From positions 68,184 to 132,183 of the forward strand of contig JAAXJX010000011.1 of assembly GCA_012269595.1 (NCBI GenBank): a DNA stretch of 64,000 nucleotides. The letters are read 5' to 3'. Origin of the DNA: Planctomycetia bacterium (GTDB lineage Bacteria; Planctomycetota; UBA8108; UBA1146). The notes beneath the pieces were generated by a model, which saw nothing but the letters and a program-made list of their open reading frames with translations, ran no database searches and was not told where the DNA came from. Shown one piece after another: positions 56,189 to 64,000 of the stretch. Each line of letters starts with the position of its first letter. The first letter of the stretch is position 1. The position numbers were made by a program, and so were the translations under genes.

Positions 56189-57529
56189 ATGACACAGCAA
56201 AATCAAAATGCGGCACCCCAAAACGGCCGCAGGGACTTTCTCAAGGGTGCAGCTCTTGCTGCAGGAGCGATGGCCGTCACCGGTTGTGTTGCTCCGGGAG
56301 CGGCGCGGATCGGCGCGGTACCGGGAACCATCGGAACCGCCCGCACTCGAACTCCAGTGGGAGAAGACGGTCTGGTCAATATCGCCATTCTGGGCACCGG
56401 CGGCATGGGTGGGGGTCACATCGATTCCTTCATGCGCTTTGCCAAGAAGGGTGAGGAGAAGGTTCAGATCGTTGCGGTCTGTGACGTCAATACGGTTCGC
56501 CGCAAGGTGGCCGAAGACAAGGTCAACAACAGTCAGGGTGGAGAGGTGGCGGTCTACACCGATTACCGCGAGATGCTCGAGAGAGATGACATTCACGGAG
56601 TGGTCATCGCCTCACCGGAGCACTGGCATGGCAAGCAGGCAGAGGACTGCCTTCTTGCGGGTAAAGACGTTTACCTCGAAAAACCGATGACACTGAACCT
56701 TCCCGACGCCCTGCGCCTGCGGGAAGTGGTTCGGAAGAATCCGGATGTCCTGATTCAGGTGGGCACCCAAAAGATCATGTTGCCCAAATACAAGGCGGCT
56801 CAAGAACTGATGGGACGCGGGGACATCGGCAAGATGACCTTCAGCCAGACCTCATACTGTCGCAACTCCAAGAATGGAGAGTGGCTCTACTACGGCATCG
56901 ATCCCAAGGTACAACCGGGTGAAACTCTCGATTGGGATATGTGGTGCGGCCCTCTGGGCAAGAGGGAGTGGGATCCGGCGTTCTATGCACGCTGGCGCCG
57001 TTACCGGGATGCCTCGACGGGCATCATCGGAGACTTGCTGGTCCATGAGGTGACTCCGTTGGTCATGGCTCTCGACCAGGGCTGGCCGACACGCGTGGTC
57101 GCGACCGGCGGTCACTATGTCGACAAGGCGATGGAAAACCACGACCAGGTCAACCTGCAGGTACAGTTTGAAAAAGGACATACCCTGATCGTTGCAGGAT
57201 CGACCTGTAACGAAAATGGTCTGGAGACGATGGTTCGTGGCCATATGGGAACCGTCTACCTCAATGGCGGAAACTGCAAAATGGTTCCGCAGCGGATCTT
57301 TGCCGACGATGTTGACCCTGAAGAGGTCGTCTGTGAAAACATCGGCAATGATCAGGATGCCCTGCGCAAGAATTGGCTCGATTGCATCCGTACCCGTCGC
57401 CAGCCCGACTCCAATGTCGAGTTGGGAACCAAAGTGATGGTGATCGTTGATCTGGCTTCCCGTTCGATGTGGGAAGGCAAGGCCTTCGAGTTTGACCCGG
57501 CCACGATGACGGCCTCCGCCATCGGCTAG
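56189..57529 (+). CDS. Gfo/Idh/MocA-family oxidoreductase with a Tat signal (periplasmic)
   Basis: Tat motif NGRRDFLKGAALAAGAMA, a Rossmann-like IAILGTGGMGGGH and an EKP motif (VYLEKPMT). ATG with a GAGAGGAA RBS. Confidence 0.85.
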   Translation: MTQQNQNAAPQNGRRDFLKGAALAAGAMAVTGCVAPGAARIGAVPGTIGTARTRTPVGEDGLVNIAILGTGGMGGGHIDSFMRFAKKGEEKVQIVAVCDVNTVRRKVAEDKVNNSQGGEVAVYTDYREMLERDDIHGVVIASPEHWHGKQAEDCLLAGKDVYLEKPMTLNLPDALRLREVVRKNPDVLIQVGTQKIMLPKYKAAQELMGRGDIGKMTFSQTSYCRNSKNGEWLYYGIDPKVQPGETLDWDMWCGPLGKREWDPAFYARWRRYRDASTGIIGDLLVHEVTPLVMALDQGWPTRVVATGGHYVDKAMENHDQVNLQVQFEKGHTLIVAGSTCNENGLETMVRGHMGTVYLNGGNCKMVPQRIFADDVDPEEVVCENIGNDQDALRKNWLDCIRTRRQPDSNVELGTKVMVIVDLASRSMWEGKAFEFDPATMTASAIG

Positions 57530-57532
57530 GGG

Positions 57533-58459
57533 GTGGACTTGTTGGAGCGCGGCGCCCTCGCGGCGATGGGGACACGATTTGAAATCATCGTCGCGGGGGA
57601 GCCCGGCTCCCACGCGAGGGCTTCCATCGAGGCAGCCCTCGCTGAGATTGAGCACTGTCACAAGCTCTGGAGTCCCTTCAGCGGGGACAGCATGTTGGCT
57701 CGTCTCCACGATCCCATGCGTGAAGTGGTCCCCATCGATGGGTTAACGCTGGAACTGCTGTCTCTCTGCGAAAGACTGGAACGGGAGACCGGTGGAGCCT
57801 TCTCGGCGACGGTGGGTTCTGTTCTGGCTTCCCGTGATCCCCGCAGGGAGTGCCATGAGGGGGCAGGGGTTCCTGAGGGCCGATCCGCATATGAAATCCA
57901 TGACCAGCCTCCCTGCGTACGAATCCTCCATCCCGATGTCCGTTGGGATTTCGGAGCCATCGCCAAAGGTTTTGCTCTGGATCTCGCCGTGGAGGTCCTG
58001 CGGGAGTCGGGAGTGGAAAACGCATTTTTGCATGGGGGATCGAGCAGTATCACCGTATTGGGCAGTGCTCCGGGATTGACCGGTTGGGACGTCCAGCTTC
58101 CTCATGGAGAAGTGGTTTCGCTGCAGGACGGGCAGAGCCTCGGTGTCAGCAGTGATGCCGGAAGCTACGAGGGAGATCATTTGATCGACCCTTTCGGCGG
58201 AGAATGGATCGAGAGTCAGTCCATGGGCTGTTGGGTCCTTGGGAAAAGTGGTGCGGAAGTGGATGCATGGGCCACCGCGCTCCTGGTTTCCCGACTCCGT
58301 TCCACAACAGCAACGAATCCCGGTAATGAGGGGGAAGACTGGGGCTTCTTCGAGCACCCCCGTTCAGAGAAGCCTGTCCATGATGAGACTGCTGAAGTGC
58401 AAGTCTCTTCATTGGTTGCTGAATCCCCTCGTGATTGCGGGTTCAGGAAAGAAATTTGA
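57533..58459 (+). CDS. apbE: FAD:protein FMN transferase (ApbE family)
   Basis: ApbE hallmarks AAMGTRFEI (MGT motif) and GAIAKGFALD. Confidence 0.85.
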   Translation: MDLLERGALAAMGTRFEIIVAGEPGSHARASIEAALAEIEHCHKLWSPFSGDSMLARLHDPMREVVPIDGLTLELLSLCERLERETGGAFSATVGSVLASRDPRRECHEGAGVPEGRSAYEIHDQPPCVRILHPDVRWDFGAIAKGFALDLAVEVLRESGVENAFLHGGSSSITVLGSAPGLTGWDVQLPHGEVVSLQDGQSLGVSSDAGSYEGDHLIDPFGGEWIESQSMGCWVLGKSGAEVDAWATALLVSRLRSTTATNPGNEGEDWGFFEHPRSEKPVHDETAEVQVSSLVAESPRDCGFRKEI

Positions 58460-58505
58460 CCGACGAGAGAAACCTATCGGGGAAAGGATCCCCACTGGAG
58501 GAAAC

Positions 58506-59735
58506 ATGGCGACTGATCGCAGAGAGTTCATGATTCAAAGTGCCGGTGCTTTGGCGGGGGTAGCCCTGCTTCCGGGTTTGGAAGGCTGGGCCCGATCCAT
58601 CGAGGATGGTTATCCGGTGGGAATCATCGGTACCGGTCGCCAAGGGCGGGCCATCGCTGCTGAATTACAAAAGATCGGTGCAAAGATCGTGGCGATCTGT
58701 GACAACGATGCTCCCCGTCTTCGCAGCGGCAGTCGCCGGGTCAAGGAAGCGAAGACCTATTCGGATGCCGCCGAAATGCTGGCCACGGAAAAAGGAATGG
58801 AAGCGGTCTTCGTGGCCACTCCCACCCATTTGCATCGGGAAGTGGTGGAGGCAGCCATCGCTGCAGGGAAACACGTGTACTGTGAGGCTCCCCTTGCCCA
58901 TACCATCGAAGACGCAAAGGCCATCGCAATGGCTGCTCGAGGCAGCTCGAAAGTGTTTCAGGCTGGACTGCTGGCCCGTTCGAACCCGGTGTACTCTCTG
59001 GCACGTTCCTTCTATCGCACCGAGGCGTTTCTCAAACTGGTCTCCATGAGAGGGCAAAACTCGCGCAAGGACAGTTGGCGTCAGGCGGCATCCACGGCCG
59101 AGCGTCAGGCTCGTCTCGATTGGCGTTTGAATGAAGCCACTTCAACCGGATTGCCGGGTGAGTTGGGGACCCACCAGTTCGATGTTTTCCACTGGTTCAC
59201 CGGCAAGTATCCGGTGCGTGTGCAGGGACGTGGGGGAGTTCTGGTTTGGGAGGATGGTCGCAAGGTTGCCGACACCGTCAATCTCGTTCTCGAGATGGAA
59301 GGCGGAGAATGTATCGAATATCAGGCGACTCTCGGCAACTCCTATGGCGGGCGCTATGAAGTGCTCCATGGAGTCAACTCCGCGTTCCGATTGGCCTGGT
59401 CCCATGGCTGGATGTTCAAGGAAGCGGATGCGGCAACTCAGGGATGGGAAGTCTATGCCAATCGTCAAAGATTCTTCAATGACGAAGGCATCACCCTGAT
59501 TGCTGACGCAACCAAGTTGGCAAGCCAGAATAAATTGAAGGATGGTGTGGGACTTCCCCATGATTCTCTCTACTACGGAATCATGGATTTCCTCACCAGT
59601 TGTCAGGAAGAGAAGTTCCCTACGACGGGAGCAGGTGAGGGGTACCGGGCTACCGTGGTGGGCATTGCTGCTCACAGGGCAGTGGTGGAGGGGACGACCG
59701 TGGAAATCTCCCCTGACGACCTGAAGGAGGCCTGA
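58506..59735 (+). CDS. Gfo/Idh/MocA-family oxidoreductase with a Tat signal
   Basis: Tat motif TDRREFMIQSAGALAGVA, a Rossmann-like VGIIGTGRQGRA and a family-characteristic CEAP segment (EKP-type position). ATG with a GGAGG RBS. Confidence 0.85.
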   Translation: MATDRREFMIQSAGALAGVALLPGLEGWARSIEDGYPVGIIGTGRQGRAIAAELQKIGAKIVAICDNDAPRLRSGSRRVKEAKTYSDAAEMLATEKGMEAVFVATPTHLHREVVEAAIAAGKHVYCEAPLAHTIEDAKAIAMAARGSSKVFQAGLLARSNPVYSLARSFYRTEAFLKLVSMRGQNSRKDSWRQAASTAERQARLDWRLNEATSTGLPGELGTHQFDVFHWFTGKYPVRVQGRGGVLVWEDGRKVADTVNLVLEMEGGECIEYQATLGNSYGGRYEVLHGVNSAFRLAWSHGWMFKEADAATQGWEVYANRQRFFNDEGITLIADATKLASQNKLKDGVGLPHDSLYYGIMDFLTSCQEEKFPTTGAGEGYRATVVGIAAHRAVVEGTTVEISPDDLKEA

Positions 59736-59736
59736 T

Positions 59737-60510
59737 TTGAAAATCGGAATCGGAGAGGGGCTTCACTCTCTTCCATTGGGAGCGCGACTGGGTTTGACGG
59801 GATTGTGCATCGTTCTTTTGGGCGGGCTCTTTGCCAGCTTCCAGCATATGAAGAATCACTATGCCGATCGCGATGCCAAACCCGAGTTTTCCACGGACGA
59901 TGTCGTCAGTGCCTATCATGGTCTCGACAGTCCTGCCCCACTGAAAGTGGCCATCGAGAGTGGGCATCCTGAAACCCTTCCGCAAGAGCAACGTGACATC
60001 CTTCTCAGCTGGTTGACGGGGGATCGTGTACTCATGAAGTATGACAGTGAAGACTGGCCTCAGGTTCCGGCAGATATTCTGGATGAATATTGCCTCTCCT
60101 GTCATACGCGTGATCTGGCAGAGCAACAGGGGATTCCTGCCCTCGAATATTTCGACGATATCAAGCCACTGGTGATTTCACGCAAGGTGGAGAGAACTCC
60201 GGATGAAATCCTTGCAGCATCGACCCACGCTCACGCCCTGAGCATGTCGATTCAGGGGATCGTGGTGCTGTTTCTGGCTTTGCTGACTGCGTGGCCGACA
60301 AAGGGGATCAGTCTTCTTTGTGCATTCATGGGCCTGGGTCTGGTCGGTGACATCGGGGGTTGGTGGCTCGCCCGATACAGTGCATCATTTGTCACCATGA
60401 TCATGATATGCGGAGCGGCATACAGCGGCGTACAGACCCTGTTGCTCGGCGGGATCATCTGGGACACCTGGCTCGGTCGGGGAAGCTCAAAAGAGCAAGA
60501 CCAGAGCTGA
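59737..60510 (+). CDS. Membrane protein with a single CXXCH motif (putative c-type cytochrome subunit)
   Basis: An N-terminal TM helix, a periplasmic segment containing CLSCH, and two or three C-terminal TM helices. Sits between two Tat-Gfo/Idh/MocA genes, 1 nt after the previous stop. Confidence 0.55.
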   Translation: MKIGIGEGLHSLPLGARLGLTGLCIVLLGGLFASFQHMKNHYADRDAKPEFSTDDVVSAYHGLDSPAPLKVAIESGHPETLPQEQRDILLSWLTGDRVLMKYDSEDWPQVPADILDEYCLSCHTRDLAEQQGIPALEYFDDIKPLVISRKVERTPDEILAASTHAHALSMSIQGIVVLFLALLTAWPTKGISLLCAFMGLGLVGDIGGWWLARYSASFVTMIMICGAAYSGVQTLLLGGIIWDTWLGRGSSKEQDQS

Positions 60511-60542
60511 ACAGATCAAAAACGCTCTTCGAAGGAGGAACG

Positions 60543-61820
60543 ATGACTTCAAAATCCTCAGGAACTCACCGCAGGGATTTTCTCAAGGGTGCGGCAGCCA
60601 CTGCGGCGCTGGCTGGATTGGCACCGGGTCTTTCCATGGGAATGGGCCCTGTTTCCGGATCGGATGAGATTCGTGTCGGATTGATCGGTTGTGGTGGTCG
60701 CGGTTCCGGTGCTGCTGACAACTGTGTGAAAGCAGCAGACGGAGTCAAAATCGTCGCCATGGCGGATCTGTTCCGCGACCGACTGGAGTCGAGTCGCAGT
60801 CATTTGATGGGACTTGGAGACAGTTTTGACGTACCTGAAGAGCGCTGTTTTGTCGGCTTCGATGCCTATCAGCAGCTGCTCGCCTGTGATGTCGATCTGG
60901 TCATCCTTGCGACTCCTCCGGGGTTCCGTCCGATGCACTTTGAAGCAGCCATCGAGGCGGGGAAGCACGTCTTTATGGAAAAACCGGTAGCCACCGATGC
61001 ACCGGGAATCCGCAAGGTTCTGGCAGCAGCCCGAAAGGCCAAGGAAAAGAATCTGGCCGTGGTCGCCGGAACCCAGAGACGCCACCAAAAGGGATACATC
61101 GAAACGATGGAGAGAATCCACGATGGAGCCATCGGTGAGTTGGTCGGCGCCCAGGTCTATTGGAATCAGGGCGGTCTGTGGGTCGTTCCGCAGAACAAGG
61201 AAATGTCGGACATGGAGTGGCAGTGTCGAAACTGGCTCTATTTCACCTGGGCCAGTGGCGACCATATCGTCGAACAGCACATTCACAATATTGATGTCAT
61301 GAATTGGGCTTTCGGCGGTCCTCCGAAGAAAGCGTTGGCGATGGGAGGAAGGCAGGTCCGTACCGGAGAACAGTATGGAAACATCTTCGATCACTTCGCC
61401 GTCGAGTTTGAATTTGAAGGCGGTGTTCGTGCTCTCAGCGAATGTCGCCAGATCGACAACTGCTGGAATCGGGTTTCGGAGAAGATCATCGGAACTGAGG
61501 GAACCGCCAACCCTTCAGGAAGTATCTCCAGCAGCAAGAATGGTGACTGGCGTTCCAGCGGCGGAGGAAAGAATGCCTACGTCCAGGAGCACACGGATCT
61601 GATCGAGAGTATCCGTCGTAATGAAGTTCTGAATGAGGGCGAGACGGTCGCGATGAGCACCCTGACCGCCATCATGGGCCGCATGAGTGCCTACACCGGC
61701 AAGGAAGTGACCCTCGAGTTCGCTCTTCAGTCGCAGGAAAGCCTGTTGCCCGAAAAATGGGAGTTTGGACCTCTGGCCACACCTCCCATCGCAGTTCCCG
61801 GAAAAACCCCGTTGATCTGA
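60543..61820 (+). CDS. Gfo/Idh/MocA-family oxidoreductase with a Tat signal
   Basis: Tat motif THRRDFLKGAAATAALAGLA, a Rossmann-like VGLIGCGGRGSGA and an EKP motif (VFMEKPVA). ATG with a GGAGGAA RBS. Confidence 0.85.
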   Translation: MTSKSSGTHRRDFLKGAAATAALAGLAPGLSMGMGPVSGSDEIRVGLIGCGGRGSGAADNCVKAADGVKIVAMADLFRDRLESSRSHLMGLGDSFDVPEERCFVGFDAYQQLLACDVDLVILATPPGFRPMHFEAAIEAGKHVFMEKPVATDAPGIRKVLAAARKAKEKNLAVVAGTQRRHQKGYIETMERIHDGAIGELVGAQVYWNQGGLWVVPQNKEMSDMEWQCRNWLYFTWASGDHIVEQHIHNIDVMNWAFGGPPKKALAMGGRQVRTGEQYGNIFDHFAVEFEFEGGVRALSECRQIDNCWNRVSEKIIGTEGTANPSGSISSSKNGDWRSSGGGKNAYVQEHTDLIESIRRNEVLNEGETVAMSTLTAIMGRMSAYTGKEVTLEFALQSQESLLPEKWEFGPLATPPIAVPGKTPLI

Positions 61821-61836
61821 TACTGAAGGAGACTCC

Positions 61837-62766
61837 ATGGATCGTCGCACCTTTATGACTCTGACCGCACTTGGATTGCTGGGAGGGTGTGCCAACACCA
61901 TGACCGGAAGTCGAAATCCCTGGGCTGGAAATTACCCGTCGCTGGTGGGAAACAACCGATCCAAAATTCTGAAGTGTCTCAAGATCGGTATGGTCAATGT
62001 CGAGGGAACCCTCCATGAAAAGTTCCAGCTTCTGAAAGAAGTCGGTTTTGACGGAGTGGAGATGGATTCTCCTTCCGGAGTCGATTGGGACGAAGTGGTT
62101 CAGGCTCGTGATGATACCGGGTTGGTGATTCCGGGAGTGGTTTGCTCAACTCATTGGGGAAAGCCGCTCTCCTCTCCCGACCCGGCGGTTCGCAAGTCCG
62201 GTATCGAGGGAATGGAAACGGCACTCAGAGACTGTCGAAAGGTGGGTGGCTGGACCGTTCTTCTGGTTCCCGGTGTGTGTAACAAGGAAGTTTCTTATGA
62301 GCAGGCCTGGGAGAGATCGACGGAGGCGGTCAAGGAGTTGATTCCTCTCGCCGAGGAATTGAAAGTTCAGATTGCTTTCGAAAATGTCTGGAACAACTTT
62401 ATCACCAAAGCGGATGAGGCCGTTCGCTATGTAGACCAGTTTGAGAGTCCGACGGTGGGTTGGTATTTCGATACGGGCAACATTGTTCGTTACGAAGAAC
62501 CGGTCGACTGGGTCCGTAAACTGAATTCCAGAATCCTCAAACTCGATATCAAGGACTACTCTCGCAAACTGATGGAAGCGGAGGGGGTCTGGGCCGGTTT
62601 CCGATGCAAGATCGGGGATCCGGACTCGTCGGTCGGTTGGGCTGCCGTCATGGCTGAAATCCGCAAACTCGGTTTCTGTGGCTGGGGTTCGGCGGAAGTC
62701 TCCGGTGGAGGCAAGGAACGCCTGGCAGACATCTCGAAAAGAATGGACGACGTTTTCAACCGCTGA
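61837..62766 (+). CDS. Sugar phosphate isomerase/epimerase (xylose-isomerase-like TIM barrel), Tat/lipoprotein signal
   Basis: MDRRTFMTLTALGLLGGC signal and the TIM-barrel family fold. Confidence 0.85.
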   Translation: MDRRTFMTLTALGLLGGCANTMTGSRNPWAGNYPSLVGNNRSKILKCLKIGMVNVEGTLHEKFQLLKEVGFDGVEMDSPSGVDWDEVVQARDDTGLVIPGVVCSTHWGKPLSSPDPAVRKSGIEGMETALRDCRKVGGWTVLLVPGVCNKEVSYEQAWERSTEAVKELIPLAEELKVQIAFENVWNNFITKADEAVRYVDQFESPTVGWYFDTGNIVRYEEPVDWVRKLNSRILKLDIKDYSRKLMEAEGVWAGFRCKIGDPDSSVGWAAVMAEIRKLGFCGWGSAEVSGGGKERLADISKRMDDVFNR

Positions 62767-62841
62767 GATGGGTGTTTGGAAGTCTGCTCCCCAGTGAATA
62801 CAATAGGGTTCCACCTTAAAGGAATACCTGTTCGGAGGAAG

Positions 62842-64000
62842 CATGATTTTCAACGCAAGTCTGCCTTGCAGATTTCTGTTGGTTTTGATCGTTTTGATTC
62901 TGCCGCAATGTTTGCCTCATGGGGTTCATGGCCAGGAGTCCTGGACCAACTGGGAGAGTCCGCCGGTTCATCCGATTGAAAAGGTTCCCGGATCTTCCCT
63001 GCTTTTGGCAGTCAATACGGCGGATGGACAACTGGAGGTTCACGACGTCTCCGGTGGCAACCTGGCTCCGTTGATGTCGATTCCGGTAGGTCTTGATCCT
63101 GTTTCGGTCAGAGCCCTTTCTTCTTCCAAGGCGTGGGTCGTCAATCGCATCTCAGACAGTATCAGCATCGTTGATCTGGATCGGGGTGTGGTCGAATGGA
63201 CCATCCTGACACCGGACGAACCGGCGGATGTGGTTTTTGCCGGTTCCCCCTTGCGTGCATTCGTGTCCTGTTCCGGAACGGATCAGGTTTTGGTTTATGA
63301 CCCGCTGCAGCCGCGACCGGTTCCACTGGCAACGCTGGAAATCATTGGCGAGGAGCCGCGGGCACTGGCAGTCAGTCCTGATGGCATGACCGTCTATTGC
63401 GCCATTTTCGAATCGGGTAATGCGACGACGATTCTGGGTGGAGGACTGGAAATCAGCACGACTCTGGCGTTTCCGCCGAATGTGGTCAATCACCCCTCGG
63501 GTCCCTATGGAGGAGTCAATCCTCCTCCCAACGCCGGATCTTCTTTCGTACCGCCTCTCAATCCACTGGCGGGAACCCCTCCTCCGGTGGGATTGATCGT
63601 CCGTCGTGTGGCCCCGGGAGTCTGGCTCGATGACAACGGGGGCGACTGGTCCAATTTGGTCTCCGGTCCCCAAGCGGATTTGAGTGGACGCCCCGTGGGT
63701 TGGGATCTCACAGACAATGATGTGGCCGTCATCGATACCGCCACTCTTTCCGTCAGCTACATCGGTGGATTGATGAATATTTGCATGTCATTGCAAGTGC
63801 GATCGAGTGACGGTGCTCTTTCGGTCATCGGTACGGAGGCTCACAATGAGGTCCGGTATGAACCGAATTTGAATGGCAACTTTATTGACGTTTTGCACGC
63901 CATGATCACACCCGGGGGGGCGTCTGTTTCCCTCAACGATCTCAATCCACATCTGCCTGACAGTGGTTCCTCGGTTCCTGCGGATCTCCGTGAAATCAGT
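62842..64000 (+). CDS. Secreted YVTN/lactonase-type beta-propeller protein, N-terminal part; the 3' end lies beyond the window
   Basis: ATG with a GGAGGAAG RBS, a signal peptide, and repeats such as ...LAVSPDGMTVYCA.... The frame is open to the window end. Not in the ORF track because no stop falls inside the window. Confidence 0.55.

Overview
The window looks like a core chromosomal region from a Planctomycetota-like genome, about 57% GC and densely coding on both strands. Supporting hallmarks: a DUF1800/DUF1501 pair, an ASPIC/UnbV FG-GAP protein, Tat-signal Gfo/Idh/MocA oxidoreductases, dockerin-tagged secreted proteins, and GT39-TPR fusions. I found no CRISPR array, transposase, integrase, prophage or recognisable defence system. 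Main content, left to right: a MacA/MacB-type efflux operon (adaptor tail, ATPase, FtsX permease); an ArsR regulator; a PAP2 phosphatase with a GT39/ArnT-like glycosyltransferase; an RluA pseudouridine synthase; a multihaem c-type cytochrome with TPR repeats that is translationally coupled to an ASPIC/UnbV protein; MscS; a bacterial topoisomerase VI operon (top6B-top6A) whose B subunit carries a lysine-rich histone H1-like tail; a NUDIX hydrolase; a thioredoxin-fold gene interrupted by one in-frame TGA at the UXXC position with a downstream hairpin, which I read as a selenoprotein candidate; arginase; an SPFH pair; a BrxA-like thiol oxidoreductase; a ZIP-DUF318 metal-permease fusion; class I aldolase; a tricorn-like protease; an ECF sigma factor with a persulfide-dioxygenase/rhodanese cluster; tRNA-Val (x2), tRNA-Leu and tRNA-Asp; smpB with tmRNA; truB; and a 13-kb periplasmic locus of four Gfo/Idh/MocA oxidoreductases, four xylose-isomerase-like TIM-barrel proteins, a DUF1080 protein, ApbE, a CXXCH membrane protein and an NHS-type transporter, which I interpret as an oxidative (3-keto) glycoside catabolic system. 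Three secreted proteins share a dockerin pair followed by a conserved three-cysteine C-terminal tail. Coordinates I derived by hand (tRNAs, hairpins, revised starts) may be off by 1-2 nt; CDS ends follow the supplied ORF track.
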